Shown piece after piece: positions 50,931 to 62,741 of a stretch of DNA of 64,000 nucleotides. The notes beneath the pieces were generated by a model that saw only the letters and a list, made by a program, of their open reading frames with translations, did not search any database and was not told the DNA's origin. The stretch is taken from positions 39,699 to 103,698 of the forward strand of contig NW_015163641.1 of the NCBI RefSeq assembly GCF_001447785.1, written 5' to 3'. A program made the translations under genes and the position numbers. This DNA is from Gekko japonicus (lineage: Eukaryota). The stretch's first letter is position 1. Every line of letters begins with the position of its first letter.

Positions 50931-51263
50931 TATGGGGTCCATCTAAGTAAGGTTCGCAAAGAGTCAGACTTGACTGTGTGATTGAACAACAACAACAACA
51001 AAAAGAAAGGGAAAAGGTTTCCCTTGCTTGAAAGCTAGTTGAATCTACCTCTAGGGGGCAGTGCTCATCTCCGTTTCCAAGCCGAAGAGCCAGCGCTGTC
51101 CAAAGACTTCTCCATGGTTATGTGGCCGACCTGACTAAACACCGAGGTGCACGGGACAGAATGCTGTTACTTTCCCACTGAAGTGGTACCTGTTTATCTA
51201 CTTACAATTTCTTGCTTTCAAACTGCTAGGTTGGCAGGAGCTGGGGTCAGAGATAGGAGCTCA
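50931..51263. mobile_element. BovB 3' tip (+) abutting a Sauria SINE (-)
   Basis: GCAAAGAGTCAGACTTGACTG...(AAC)n, then reverse Sauria SINE body (GTGCTCATCTCCG, GTGGTACC, CTGCTAGGTTGGCAG). Confidence 0.8.
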
Positions 51264-51609
51264 GAAGGAAATGCTTCAACTATTGAGCAGCCGCAAAGCT
51301 GTTCAGCATACTACTTCATTTGGATGGCTAAGAGACAAGAAGATATGAAGCTTGGTTCACAAGTGAAGTGTGGCTGTCAAAAGTGGTACGTACACTTGCC
51401 AAGCATGTTCACTTAGAAGTCCTTAGCATTGCTCATTGTATCATGCAAAATGTGAGAACAACAGTGTTTGTAAATGCAAACATTTCCTGTCATCCCCTTT
51501 CTGTCAAGAGCTTGGCAGTTGGTCTCCTGTTAGAGAAATAGGTGTCCACAGCAGTGAAAAATACTTTTTTGCTCAACTGCACTCAGTTAGGAATCTGGCT
51601 CCCTATTGA

Positions 51610-52480
51610 TGGGTGATCACATTGGCCATGCTTCAGTAGCCTTGAGCCTAGATCACTGTAAAACGCTCTACATAGGGCTGCCCTGGAAGAAAATTCAGAA
51701 ACTGCAGATGATGAAAATGTGATTGTCTGCTTGTTATGGTGAGACCCTGTTCCTCCCATTCACAGGTTCCTTTACTGGCTGCTGATTAGTTTCCGGATCC
51801 AATTCAAGGTGTTGATGCTTTAAAGTGCTTCATGACCTGAGGCCCATATATCTAAAAACTGCCTCTCCCTTCATATTCCTCTGCGGCAGCTTTGTTCTTC
51901 CCTGCAAATGTATTGTCAGTATCCCAGTTGTTTGAGGCATGTGCCGCAAAGGTCTGGACTCAGGCTTTTTAAGTGGCTGCCCCGTGTCTGTGGAACAGCT
52001 GGCCAGAAGAGGGAACTTCTATCCTCCTATTTTCCTGGTGGTGGTGGAAAGCGCCTGCAAGTCACAGCTGGCTGAAGGGTTTTCAAGGCAGAGATGTTCA
52101 GGGGTGGTTTGCCCTTGCATGCCTCTGCATAGAGACCATGGACTTCCTTGGTGGTCTCCCATCCAAATTCTGACCAGGGCTGATGCTGCGTAGCTTCTGA
52201 GATCTGTTAAGACCAGGCTAGACTGGGCCATCTAGGGTACCCTGTTTTCCTAGTGAGGCTGAAAGAAAGAGATATTCTGGAGGATTCTGGGGCAGCCTGA
52301 GCCTAGGCTAGGGGGAATATCTCCTGTTGGGGTCATGAGGCATTTTTAGGCTGTTTTTGTATGGTATTGTTGCATTTTAATCTCTGTATATTTTTGTTCA
52401 TCCAATTGTTTTTATATTGTTGTTGCCTGGCATGGGTCCCTGAATGCTTGGAAAGAAGGGTGGATATATAAATATTTTGC
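51610..52480 (+). mobile_element. Degenerate L2 LINE 3' part interrupted by a 5S-derived SINE (~52035-52240, minus)
   Basis: Decayed SLDHC.ALYIGLP and LYWLL..FRIQFKV motifs homologous to the 26-29 kb L2. Confidence 0.75.
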
Positions 52481-52488
52481 ATAAATGT

Positions 52489-52802
52489 TGTAATATATCC
52501 AGTTCAGACCGCGTGGCCAGCTTGGGCTCCACGCGGTCCAGAGCAAACATCGAGCTTCGCTCAAAGAGACAATGGACTATGCGGATCATAGCCCACGCCA
52601 ATCAGTGGGCTAGGTTCCCAGCTGAGAGCCTATGGAACTCTCGGCCACTGTAAATAACCTATTGGGAAGTGGGGGTGTGTTATGGGTGGCGGTTCCACGG
52701 GACATATAAGACGGCCTGCGAGCCGGCTAACGTTGTCTTGTTCTTGATTGATCTAATAAAGTACGCTAAGCTGAAATCACTCATCCGTCTGTGTACTTTT
52801 CA
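52489..52802 (+). mobile_element. Young solo LTR (314 bp)
   Basis: TGTAAT...TTTCA with perfect 5-bp TSD AATGT; CCAAT, CATATAAG and AATAAA in order; CpG retained. Confidence 0.9.
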
Positions 52803-53106
52803 AATGTGCACCCTTATGATAGGGTCTCCTCAGAAGATCATTTACGGACAATATTTGTATTGCCAATGTATGACCAAGCTGTACTGTATTGTCTGGAAGC
52901 ATGTAAACACTGATGCATTTATTAGCTCTTTTTGATATTACAGCTCAAGTGGGAATCTTTTCAATCTGTTAAGGAAGATTCAGTCATATTTTCTCCAGAT
53001 TTCATTTTTTTCCCTTCATGCTCTACGAATGTATGTAAAATAGTTCCAATTCTTACCCCCCCTTGTCCCTTTTGTGTTATTGTAGGTCATGTTCTTCTAG
53101 TTATGT

Positions 53107-53325
53107 AAAAAAGGTAAAGGTTCCCTTGCTCGAAAGCCAGTCGAGTCCGACTCTAGGGTTGCGGTGCTCATCTCCGTTTCAAAGCCGAAGAGCCAGCGCT
53201 GTCCGAAGACGTTTCCGTGGTCATGTGGCCGGCATGACTAAACACCAAGGCACACGGAACGCTGTTACCTTCCCACAAAAGTGGTACCTATTTATCTACT
53301 TGCAATTTCTTGCTTTCGAACTGCT
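53107..53325 (-). mobile_element. Sauria SINE (5'-truncated)
   Basis: Reverse (ACCTTT)n tail; body nearly identical to 62800-63144. Confidence 0.9.
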
Positions 53326-54135
53326 AAACTACAATTTAGGAACTAGTTTGTAAAAAAAAAATCAAAACCAGAAAATCTAAGGATGTGCAGTTTGTGTGTT
53401 TAGTGGTGTAAGTAATATTGGCACCTGCATGATTTCTGGTTCAAAACAGCTACATTTATAACCTCAAATCAGGTCAAAAATTTAAATGTAAAAATGTAGG
53501 CATAAATGCCTACCACCAGGATGGCCTCTTTCTGTTCCCAGATGTCAGTGTTTTCTGGGATATTTCTTCCATGAATGGCTGCGGGCTTAGCGTATGCTAA
53601 CAAGTCGCCTCAATTGGCTGGCAGAAAATGGATTCTTGGATACCCTTTCAAAATTTCTATAGCTGTTTGGCAGCCGTTTTGGTAGTTTCTTCACATCTGC
53701 CACGTTTACAAAATGAGCTGGATGAATTCCATAAAGTCCATCCTGACCATTTTATCTTCTTGATACAAGAAGGTTTTCAATTTGTTGTGCTCTTCCCAAG
53801 CTAAACTTATTGCAGCATTTTTACACTGTCAGTTAGAATGTGCCTTCAGCTCACAATGACATCCCTGGAATAGCAAAGACTCTTTCTCTTTTTTTGCCCC
53901 TTTCAAGATGGAAGTTTGAGAAAGAAACCAAACAAATGGATTAGGTGGGGGAAATGTCAGAATATGATGGACTCAAGTCATGGACCTGACTGTTAACAGT
54001 ATCAGTAGGTGCTCCTTTTATGAATGCAATTTCTTAAAGCAAGTACAGCACTTTCTAAACACCTGTAAAGTGTCTACAAGTTCCTTTCAGTTGCTCAGCC
54101 TGAAGGAAAGCAACACTGACTTTCCTAGGCGTGTC

Positions 54136-54477
54136 CAGAGGTCATTTTGGGGGGGAACGCGGGGGAACACAGTTCCCCCGAGTGAGGTGCAGGGGGGCGG
54201 GGCACATGACAAAGCCCCGCCCCCTGCTTCCGGCCGCCCCGCTTCCAGCCCTCATTCAGCCAGGAAGAGGCAGGAGAAGAGGGAGGGTAAGTTGCTTCCT
54301 CCCTGCCTCTCCCCACCCCTGCCTGCCTGGGGCCAGGGAGGGCCTTGGCGGGGCTTCCTCGCACTCCCGTTGGCCTTGCAGGTCCACCGCCGAGCCCCTG
54401 ATGTCAGGGGGTGTGACATATGCTAATGAGTTATGCTAATGAGTTCCCCTAGCTCTTTTTCTATGAAATGACCCCTG
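54136..54477 (+). mobile_element. hAT MITE, CpG-rich (young)
   Basis: CAGAGGTCATTT...AAATGACCCCTG; TSD GGCGTGTC/GACGTGTC. Confidence 0.9.
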
Positions 54478-55482
54478 GACGTGTCTATATTATAGACTTA
54501 CAGCGCAATCTGAGGAGGGGGAGCTAAAGCATACCGGGAGCTGACAAGGCCCTCTGTGGCATGTTTTGGAGATGTGATGCCAGATTGCCCTGGCAGTGTT
54601 GTGGCCTGGCTGGGCACTGGCACAACCCACTGCACCAATGGGGAGAGGGCAAGAGGGANNNNNNNNNNNNNNNNNNGGGAAAGAGGGAAAGATCCAGGGG
54701 AGAAGCAGGACTTAATGGGTTCCCTAAGCTGCCCCAGCCCAATAATGCCCCCCAACCGATGAAAAGTTACACCATCAAAAACTGTGGTGTTGCCCATAGG
54801 TGTCCAGAGGGACTAGACAAGGTTCCCACATATGTGCTGTCCAACCCCAATGCCCTGGCAGAGCATAGGATGCTGACTACAGCTGCAACCAATCACTCCC
54901 CTTCTTAGTGGTGGCCAACCTCCCCTTCCCCACACCCAGGTATAGCCCCGCCAAGGACTACATAAACCCCAGCCAAGAGGCCTCATAGTTTAGTAGGAAG
55001 GGAGCACAGCACAGGACTCTCTTAGGTCTCTGCCATGCCCATTTAGAGCATGTAGTGTTGCACTTTTGTGGCAGGACAGACACAGGGGGGCACACCTCTG
55101 AGGGAGCACGTAGCACTAACACCCAAGGGGGAGAGTGAAGTCCATGCTTGTAGTGAATGTGTCCCATTTCTTTCTTTTCTTTTCTTTTTTGCTCCCCAAT
55201 GGGGAATTTTTAATTGCATTTGTATTAAGACTACACACTATAACAGAAATAAGGGAGGGGACTACATTTAAGGGATAAAGAAAAGATACCCACTACTGAC
55301 TAAAAGCCCAAGAGAGGAGATAATCAAAATAGCTTAAATATATGCTATCTCTTAATCACGCTAGTACCATTATGAATTGAGTTACATATCATATTATCTC
55401 TTTTAAAACTTAATTAACTGTTAACAGATAAGACCCCTCAGCATCTAGTTTCAATACTTTCAAAGGCACAATTCAGAGTCCT

Positions 55483-56773
55483 TCAGCCTTCATTTTCCCT
55501 TTCCCTGTCTCTTCCGCAATTTATATGGACTTTTTTAGGGGCTGCCGCCCCTTTCTCTGAAAGAGAGTCCTCTCTGGAAGATCCCAAGTCCAGCTCGCCA
55601 CTGGACTTACTGTCCATCCCTTCTTTTTCTTCCTCCTCTGGCTCTCCCAACTGGATTCTCAAAAATTCCCGTGCTTTCTGTGCAGAGTCAATCTTCTCTT
55701 TCTTGTCCTTGATTTTGAAGGTGACACCTTCTGGAGTTAACCATCTGTATCCAATTGCATTTGAGTGAAAAAAAGAACTAGGTCTTTGTATTTCTTCCTC
55801 CTTTGTCTTATTTCAAATGGAATGTCTTTTAAAATCCTAATGGTATTGTCTCCAACTTTCATGGGTGATCCAGATGCTGCTTTCAGGATTGCATCCCTCA
55901 CATGCTTCTTCGAGAATCTTATCACTATTTCCCCAGGCAGATTATTTTTCTTTATATATCCGGAATATGACCTGTAGGCCACATCCATATCGCTCAGCAA
56001 AGATTCCGCCTTCATATCCGTCACTGGGGCCAGTATGTCACTCATCATTTCCTTTAGATTCTCTCCCTTAGTCTCTGGAATGCCCTGGAAGCGAAGAATC
56101 AAATTANNNNNNNNNNNNNNNNNNNNNNNNNNNNNNNNNNNNNNNNNNNNNNNNNNNNNNNNNNNNNNNNNNNNNNNNNNNNNNNNNNNNNNNNNNNNNN
56201 NNNNNNNNNNNNNNNNNNNNNNNNNNNNNNNNNNNNNNNNNNNNNNNNNNNNNNNNNNNNNNNNNNNNNNNNNNNNNNNNNNNNNNNNNNNNNNNNNNNN
56301 NNNNNNNNNNNNNNNNNNNNNNNNNNNNNNNNNNNNNNNNNNNNNNNNNNNNNNNNNNNNNNNNNNNNNNNNNNNNNNNNNNNNNNNNNNNNNNNNNNNN
56401 NNNNNNNNNNNNNNNNNNNNNNNNNNNNNNNNNNNNNNNNNNNNNNNNNNNNNNNNNNNNNNNNNNNNNNNNNNNNNNNNNNNNNNNNNNNNNNNNNNNN
56501 NNNNNNNNNNNNNNNNNNNNNNNNNNNNNNNNNNNNNNNNNNNNNNNNNNNNNNNNNNNNNNNNNNNNNNNNNNNNNNNNNNNNNNNNNNNNNNNNNNNN
56601 NNNNNNNNNNNNNNNNNNNNNNNNAGCTGCTCCCTGAGGTTACTCATCTGATCCAGCAGAGGGTGCATGGATTCCGCTAATGTCTTTGCCAGCTCGTTGG
56701 TTCCTTCCGGTCTTGGACTCTCTGTTCCTTTCACTTTTGAAAGTTTCTCTTTCTCCGTCCTCTTCCCCGCCAT
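55483..56773 (-). pseudogene. L1 ORF1p (RRM + CTD) with a frameshift in a T-run near 55770; interrupted by an assembly gap
   Basis: ILRFQGIPETKGENL...DVAYR...NLPGEIVIRF...ILKDIPFEIRQRRKKY, then in shifted frame GYRWLTPEGVTFK...AREFL, typical L1 ORF1p motifs. Confidence 0.85.
56107..56624. other. Assembly gap
   Basis: Run of N. Confidence 1.
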
Positions 56774-56799
56774 CTTTAAGGATTGTTTACTTTTGCAAC

Positions 56800-57797
56800 A
56801 CCAGGCCTAGGACCGAGCCCTGTGGCACTCCACTCTAGACTTCCCTCCACATAGACGCAGAGCCATTTACGAGCCCTCGTTGGGTACGATTTTTCAACCA
56901 ACCATGAATCCATCCAACGGTTGCACCATCCAGCCCACACTTACCCAGCTTATCCTCAAGTATATCATGAGAAACTTTGTCAAATGTTTTACTGAAATCT
57001 AGATTCACTATATCCACAGCATTTCCAGAGTCAACCATTTTAGTAACTCTGTCAAAAAAGGAGATAAGGTTGGTCTGGCATGACTTATTCTTGATAAACC
57101 CATGCTGGCTACTACCAATTAACTAATTCCATTCAAGGTGCTCACAGACAGAACATTTAATAATCTGCTCTAGAATTTTCCCAGGTATTGATGTCAAACT
57201 GACAGGCCTGTAATTTCCTGGGTCCGTCTTTTTTCCCTTCTTGAAGATCGGGACAACATTCGCTCTTCTCGTCTTCCGGCACAACAGCAGTACTCCAGGA
57301 GATCTCAAAGATTAGAGCCAGAGGCTCTGAAATAACATCTGCAATTTCTTTTAGTACCCTGGGATGCAAGCCATTTGGCCCTGGAGATTTGAAAGTATTT
57401 AAGGCAGCTAGATGCTCTCTAACCATTTCCTTACTTACTCTGGACTGGCAGTTCCTCCTTTCTTTATATGCCCTGCATTCTTCAGTTTGTATACAGCTCG
57501 CATTATGGTTAAAGACTGACGCAAAGTGAAAGTTGAGTAATTCTGCTTTGTCTTCATCCCTTGTTATGGCTTGACCGTCTTCCCCTAGCAATGAGCTTAC
57601 CCCATCCCTGTTCTTCTTTTTGCTCTGAACATAGGCATAGAAACCTTTCTTGTTATTTTTAGCATCCCTTGCAAGCCTCAGCTCCATCTGCACTTTAGCC
57701 TTTCTGACACCATCCCTACAGATTCGAGTCTGCTTCTTGTACTCACCCTCAGTAATTTGACCCTCCTTCCATTTCCTGTACATATTTCTTGTACATA
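56800..57797 (-). mobile_element. CR1 LINE ORF2 internal fragment
   Basis: KSPGPNGLHPRVLKEIADVISEPL, ANVVPIFKKGKKTDPGNYRPVSLTSIPGK, LDFSKTFDKVSH, SGVPQGSVLG; frameshift and stop present. Confidence 0.95.
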
Positions 57798-57798
57798 T

Positions 57799-58337
57799 CC
57801 CGGGTTTGATTCCCCACTCCTCCACATGCAGCCGCTGGTGTGACCTTGGGTCAGTCACAAGTTCTTTCAGAGTTGTTCTCTCACGGGCAGTTCTCAAGGG
57901 TGCTCTCTCAGCCCCACCTACCTCACAGGGTGTCTGTTGTGGGGAGGTGAAGGAAAAGGAGATTGTAAGCTGCTTTGAGACTTATTTGGGTAGTGAAGGG
58001 TGGGGTATAAATTCAATCTCCTCCTCCTCCTCCTCCTCCTTGAGTCAGTTTGGTGTAATGGTTAAGTGTGCGGACTCTAATCTGGGTCTGCATTTGATTC
58101 CCCACTCCTCCACTTACACCTGGCTGGATGACCTTGGGGAAGCCATAGTTCTGGCACAGCTGTTCTCGAAAAAGAGCAGTTTCTGTCAAGAGCTCTCCCA
58201 GCCCCACCTACCTCACAGGGTGTCTGTTATGGGGAGGGGAAGGGAAAGGAGTTTGTAAGCCGCTCTGAGACACCTTTGGGTAGTGAAGGGCGGGGTATAA
58301 ATCCAATCTCTTCTTCTCTTCTCTTCTCCTCCTCCTC
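57799..58337 (+). mobile_element. Two tandem Squam3-like SINEs
   Basis: 57799-58039 (5'-truncated, CTC tail) followed by 58042-58337 (full head, CTT/CTC tail). Confidence 0.9.
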
Positions 58338-58510
58338 CCAAGCCAGGCCCTCCCAGCACTGTGTCCTCTGTCACACAATGGGGCATGTTCCCAACTAGGA
58401 TGTGAACCCAGGAGAACTGCCTATGGTGTGGGAGGAGGAGGGGTGCTGACAGCCCCATCCTAGGCTGCTTGTGGGTTGAGAGTGCCTGGTAGCTGCCCCA
58501 CTGTGCTCTG

Positions 58511-58716
58511 TAGTATGGTTGCTAGCCTCCAGGTGGGACCTGGAGATCTCCTGCTTTTAAAATTGATCTCCAGCTGACAGAGATCAGCTCCCCTGGAGAA
58601 AATGCCTGCTTTGAAGGGTGGACTCTATGGCATTGTACCATGCTGAGGCCCCCACCCTCTCCCAGACCCACCCCCAAAGTCTCCAGGTATTTTCCAACCC
58701 AGACCTGGCAAACCTA
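58511..58716. mobile_element. hAT (Blackjack-like) MITE, reverse orientation
   Basis: Reverse-complement homology to 52-271; ends CTGGCAAACCTA. Confidence 0.8.
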
Positions 58717-61673
58717 CTCTGTAGCCATGCTACACATTGTCTTTCAGGATGGGGGGACCTGTGCAGCAGTAGCAGCAGTTGCAGTTCGCAGAGCTCTTCT
58801 TCATGGGACCAGTAAGTGTATTTTGGGTGCTTACAGCATGCCCCACAGAGGTGCCCTGGCAAATGGAGTCCCACCATGGAATTGTAGACCCTGCCAAAGC
58901 ATGGCTGTGGCCAGCAGAGTCTGTGCTGTCTTCCATTGCTGCACAAGTTTATGTTTAGCATCTGTGCAGGTGGTGATTCAATAGGGAGATCTGGGAGCTT
59001 CTCAATAAAGTCTGGGGTGTTCCACAACTCTGTCAACATTGGTTTTTTTCCCCCTGTGTGGATGAGACTAGACCACATCCATGCTCCAACTCTGACTTCT
59101 CCTTAGGGTTGCCACTTCACACATCCAAAAGGCTGGGCTCTGGACTGGGAACCACTGTTGCTGGTATTTCTGGTGACACTGGACTTGTTTTGTTCTGCTG
59201 CAAAACATAGCAGAGGTCCAGTGGCACCTTGAAAGTTGACCCCACATATTGGTCTCCATCCCCTCCCCATTCACATACTCTGTTGGCTGCTGTGTGCACC
59301 CTGTGTAGGGAGAGGACTCCTGAGTGGCCCAAGGGTGAGTATGGCTGCTCTAGCACTTAGGGGGGGGTAGTCTCTGGGTCCCACACTCCCCCTTGGGCTG
59401 GTGGAATATAAGCCATGCAGCTTGGCAGGGCAGGTACAGGGCACCCAGGATGGATGCAAGGGAGCTGCTATTGTGGGTGCAGCATAGAGGGTCTGTGATG
59501 TTCATGCCAAAATGACGGCTCTCCAGGGCAGTCCTCCCCTTTCTGCCTCTCCAGGGCAGTCTCTTCTTCAATTTATGGAAGGAAAATATCAGCTCTGAGG
59601 CTTTTGCCTGTCTCTTGCTTCCCCCCCATGTTGGGATCAAACTAGGAGCCTTAACCATGCTATCCCAGTGAGACGTGTTTGTGCAATGGTCTCTGCCTGG
59701 CCCCTGGAGCTGGTGGTGGTCAGGGCTGCAGTGGAGTCCTTATTGCCTGATGGCAAGCCTCCTTTGAACCTTACCACCTTGGCTCACTCGTTAGGATGCT
59801 AGTGGGGGAGGTTGTGGGTTCACACACCTGGCCTCTGCCTTTTCTCCTCTTCCTTTTTTAACTTCGTTATGGGAGCGGGTGTGTGGCTTAGAACAGGGAT
59901 GGTTGCACATGGGAAGCATTTTTGTTGTCACTCAGGCCCTTGCTGGGGAAGGGGTGGGCATCCTGTCTGCTGCATCGGTCACTTTCCCCTATGGGCTGGG
60001 GAGGGGGTACTCAGGCCACATGCCTCTGTTGTGCTTGCTCTGTTGCTGGGTCTTTCCTCCCTGTCCACTGGCTCTTCATGGAGGGGAGGACAGCATCGAG
60101 GGGCAGTGGCCAGACTGGCAGCAGTGACTGGCTGTGGGTGTTGCTGGGGTTGCTATGGTCCCTGGCATGCTTGCTGTGCGGTTTATGCCTTGTGGAGGGG
60201 TGTATTTCCCCCATCAGCATGTCCACAGGAAACAGACCAGCAGTGCTGCTTTCACACGTCGGTGATTGGCTGCCCCCCCCCCAAAAAAACAGCAGCCCTC
60301 AGGATTGTGCTGTTAGACCAGTTTAATATTCATTCCCCCAAAGAAATTTTAGGTCCTGCAGTTCTGAGAGAAACAGGGGATGGTGAATGATTAATTCTCA
60401 CATCCTCAACCATCCTCCCCCTCAACACCTTGCTGGGCTGTTGAACCTCCTAGACCCCTTCCAGCCAGTCAGTGGCCTTAGCAGAACTATCGAGTGACTT
60501 CCCTCCTTCTCCAATATAATGCAGGTCATGGCCACAGACAGACATAAATATTAATGTGGCCAAATCTGTCAAAGCCTGTTTCTGAACAAGATTGAGTGAA
60601 ATGCATACAGATAGAATCAGAGCAGTATTTGGTGTGAAGGGTGGGTAAAGGCAGGCATCTTCCAGACCGAGTATGTATTTTTTTTCATATGCTGAATTTT
60701 GTCTAAAGGGGAGGTTCCTCTGCAGCCACAAACCTGAATAAGTTTGAAAGCTAACTAAAAAGTCTTAAGAAAAAGGCATTTTGTGCGTGTGCGTGTGAAG
60801 GAATTTTTGTGTCTCCCCTGTTGAAGGTATGAATTTTTCTGACAAGTCAGATGAAGTATTAGGTTACCATGATGCTGACACACATGAAATATGAACAGAC
60901 TGTTCACTCAGATGTCCCCAAGCATATGGAACAGTTGGCCCCTTGTGGCATCGAAGAAAGCATTTGCTAATGAATCCTTTGGTTATCAATTTTGTTTCTA
61001 TCAGACACCATCGTGTGGCGTCTCCTTTGTACTGACTGTGACAGGGTTGCAAAATCCTGCAGGACTGAGACCTCATTTCATGGGAAGCCAAGGGAGAGTA
61101 AGGGGATGTTCAGCCTGCATGAGATGTAGCAGCAAATCATTTTGTGAAGAGCATCAAAGATACAGAGTGATCAAGAAGAAGAAAGCAGTCAGCACACTGG
61201 AGTCTCTAGAGCTGCAGATTTTGTGACAAGAAGTCCTGGTGGACCTGTCCTCTCTGTTATACGTTTAATTCTTCTTTCTAAAAATATATATACTTTACAG
61301 ATGACAGCATGGAAACAGCAGATCTTCAGTGCTGTTAAAAATACTGCTTATATGGCTTCAGCTGGAGTGGGTTTTCTCCCCAACAAAAAGATAGTTAGGT
61401 GCTGCTAGGAGTGTCAATGGCCCCCCCACTGCAAGTGAACTCCCACCCTCAGCTGCCTGTGCTTCATCAACTGAGCAGTGGGAGAGAAATTTCAGGGGAG
61501 GGTGGTACTGCAGATCCTGTCTGGGGTAACTCCTCAAATATCATTGGGGGTCTGTTCCATCACTCCTGGATTATTGATGGAAGAGACATCACAGCATTTT
61601 CAACACTTCCCCCTCCCAAGTTCCCCCTTCCAAAGCTCCCAGGATTCCCAGATGTGGGGACTGGCAACAATTG

Positions 61674-61879
61674 TAGGGTTGCCAGCTCTGGGATGGGAAA
61701 TTCCTGGAGATTTGGGGGGGTGGAGCCTGGGGAAGGCGGGGTTTGGGGAGGGGAGGGATCTCAGCAGGGTATAATGCCACAGAGTCTACTGTCCAAAGCA
61801 GCCATTTTCTCTTGGCCACCTGGCGATCAATAGTAATAGTGGGAGATCTCCAGGTACCACCTGGAGATTGGCAACCCTA
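61674..61879. mobile_element. hAT (Blackjack-like) MITE
   Basis: TAGGGTTGCCA...TGGCAACCCTA. Confidence 0.88.
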
Positions 61880-62741
61880 ACTATAGGTGCTAGTCCCATA
61901 GCATTTCTTTCCATTGGACTAATGGAGTCTTCTGATCTCTATGTATTGCTGGGATAGCTAGCAGCCTGCTTGGTAAAGTTCCTCAAACAATTTGGTTTCT
62001 TAAATCTCAAATATTTACACGTACTTACGTCTTCAGATTCCTAGGAAGGTCAAATAACTTCAAATGACCATTACATGCTTATTTGTACTGTGTGAAAATA
62101 TAACACTATTCTGAAGCATAAGAAATGGCAAAATTATCTCACCTAGAAACCATGGTGATAAAATCTGCTCTTTTATCCAAGTGCTGGTAGAAGATTTTTT
62201 TTTGTCTTTCAGACACAGCCATGTGTATTGTTACTGTGATATGTGGGGATCAGATAGAAAGGCAGAATCAATTTTCAAGGTACCATGGACTACTGAGAAA
62301 CTAGAAAGCAAGCAATTCTCTTCCAATAGATAGGTGCATCAAATACAACCCCAGAAAATATTTTGGTTCAGAATGAAAACAAATCCATGGTGGAGCATAA
62401 AGAGCATTCATAATGGGAGGGTAAATGAACTGGGATTTAATTTTGCCTTCATAATTAGCAGAAAATCAAAAGGGTATATTGATACGAATGTTCCGAACCT
62501 TTTTGAATTTGAATCCTGGTGCAAAAAATGTTGTCCAGATTTGGGACATTTTTGATAGAAGGGGGGGGGGGGGGGGGGGAAAGAAACCTAAATAGTAATA
62601 TGGAATGTTTCATGAATGCCAGTGATTCTGAGCTGCATTATATACTTCTGAGAAAGAAATCTATGCCAGTAATATGATGTTCAGTTAAGTTTATTCATAA
62701 ATACACGTGCAATGTGCTATAAAAAACTGGTATTGTGCATG

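Larger units (their letters stand above)
55167..56800 (-). mobile_element. ORF1-only L1-clade retroelement (HAL1-like)
   Basis: ORF1 starts at ATG 56773 and stops near 55483; ~290-bp UTR, ATTAAA at 55209-55214, A-rich tail at 55167-55190; no ORF2. Confidence 0.7.
54501..60312. mobile_element. Large degenerate PIF/Harbinger-like DNA transposon with nested retroelements
   Basis: Left end CAGCGCAATCTGAGG, right end CCTCAGGATTGTGCTG (inverted), both flanked by TTA. Confidence 0.6.

Noticed and set aside
59812-60390. 192-aa ORF
   Set aside because: Low-complexity G/C/W-rich translation inside the putative Harbinger element; no domain recognised.
60976-61130. Acceptor-like TTTCTATCAG followed by an open frame
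   Set aside because: Peptide unrecognised and no supporting neighbouring exons.
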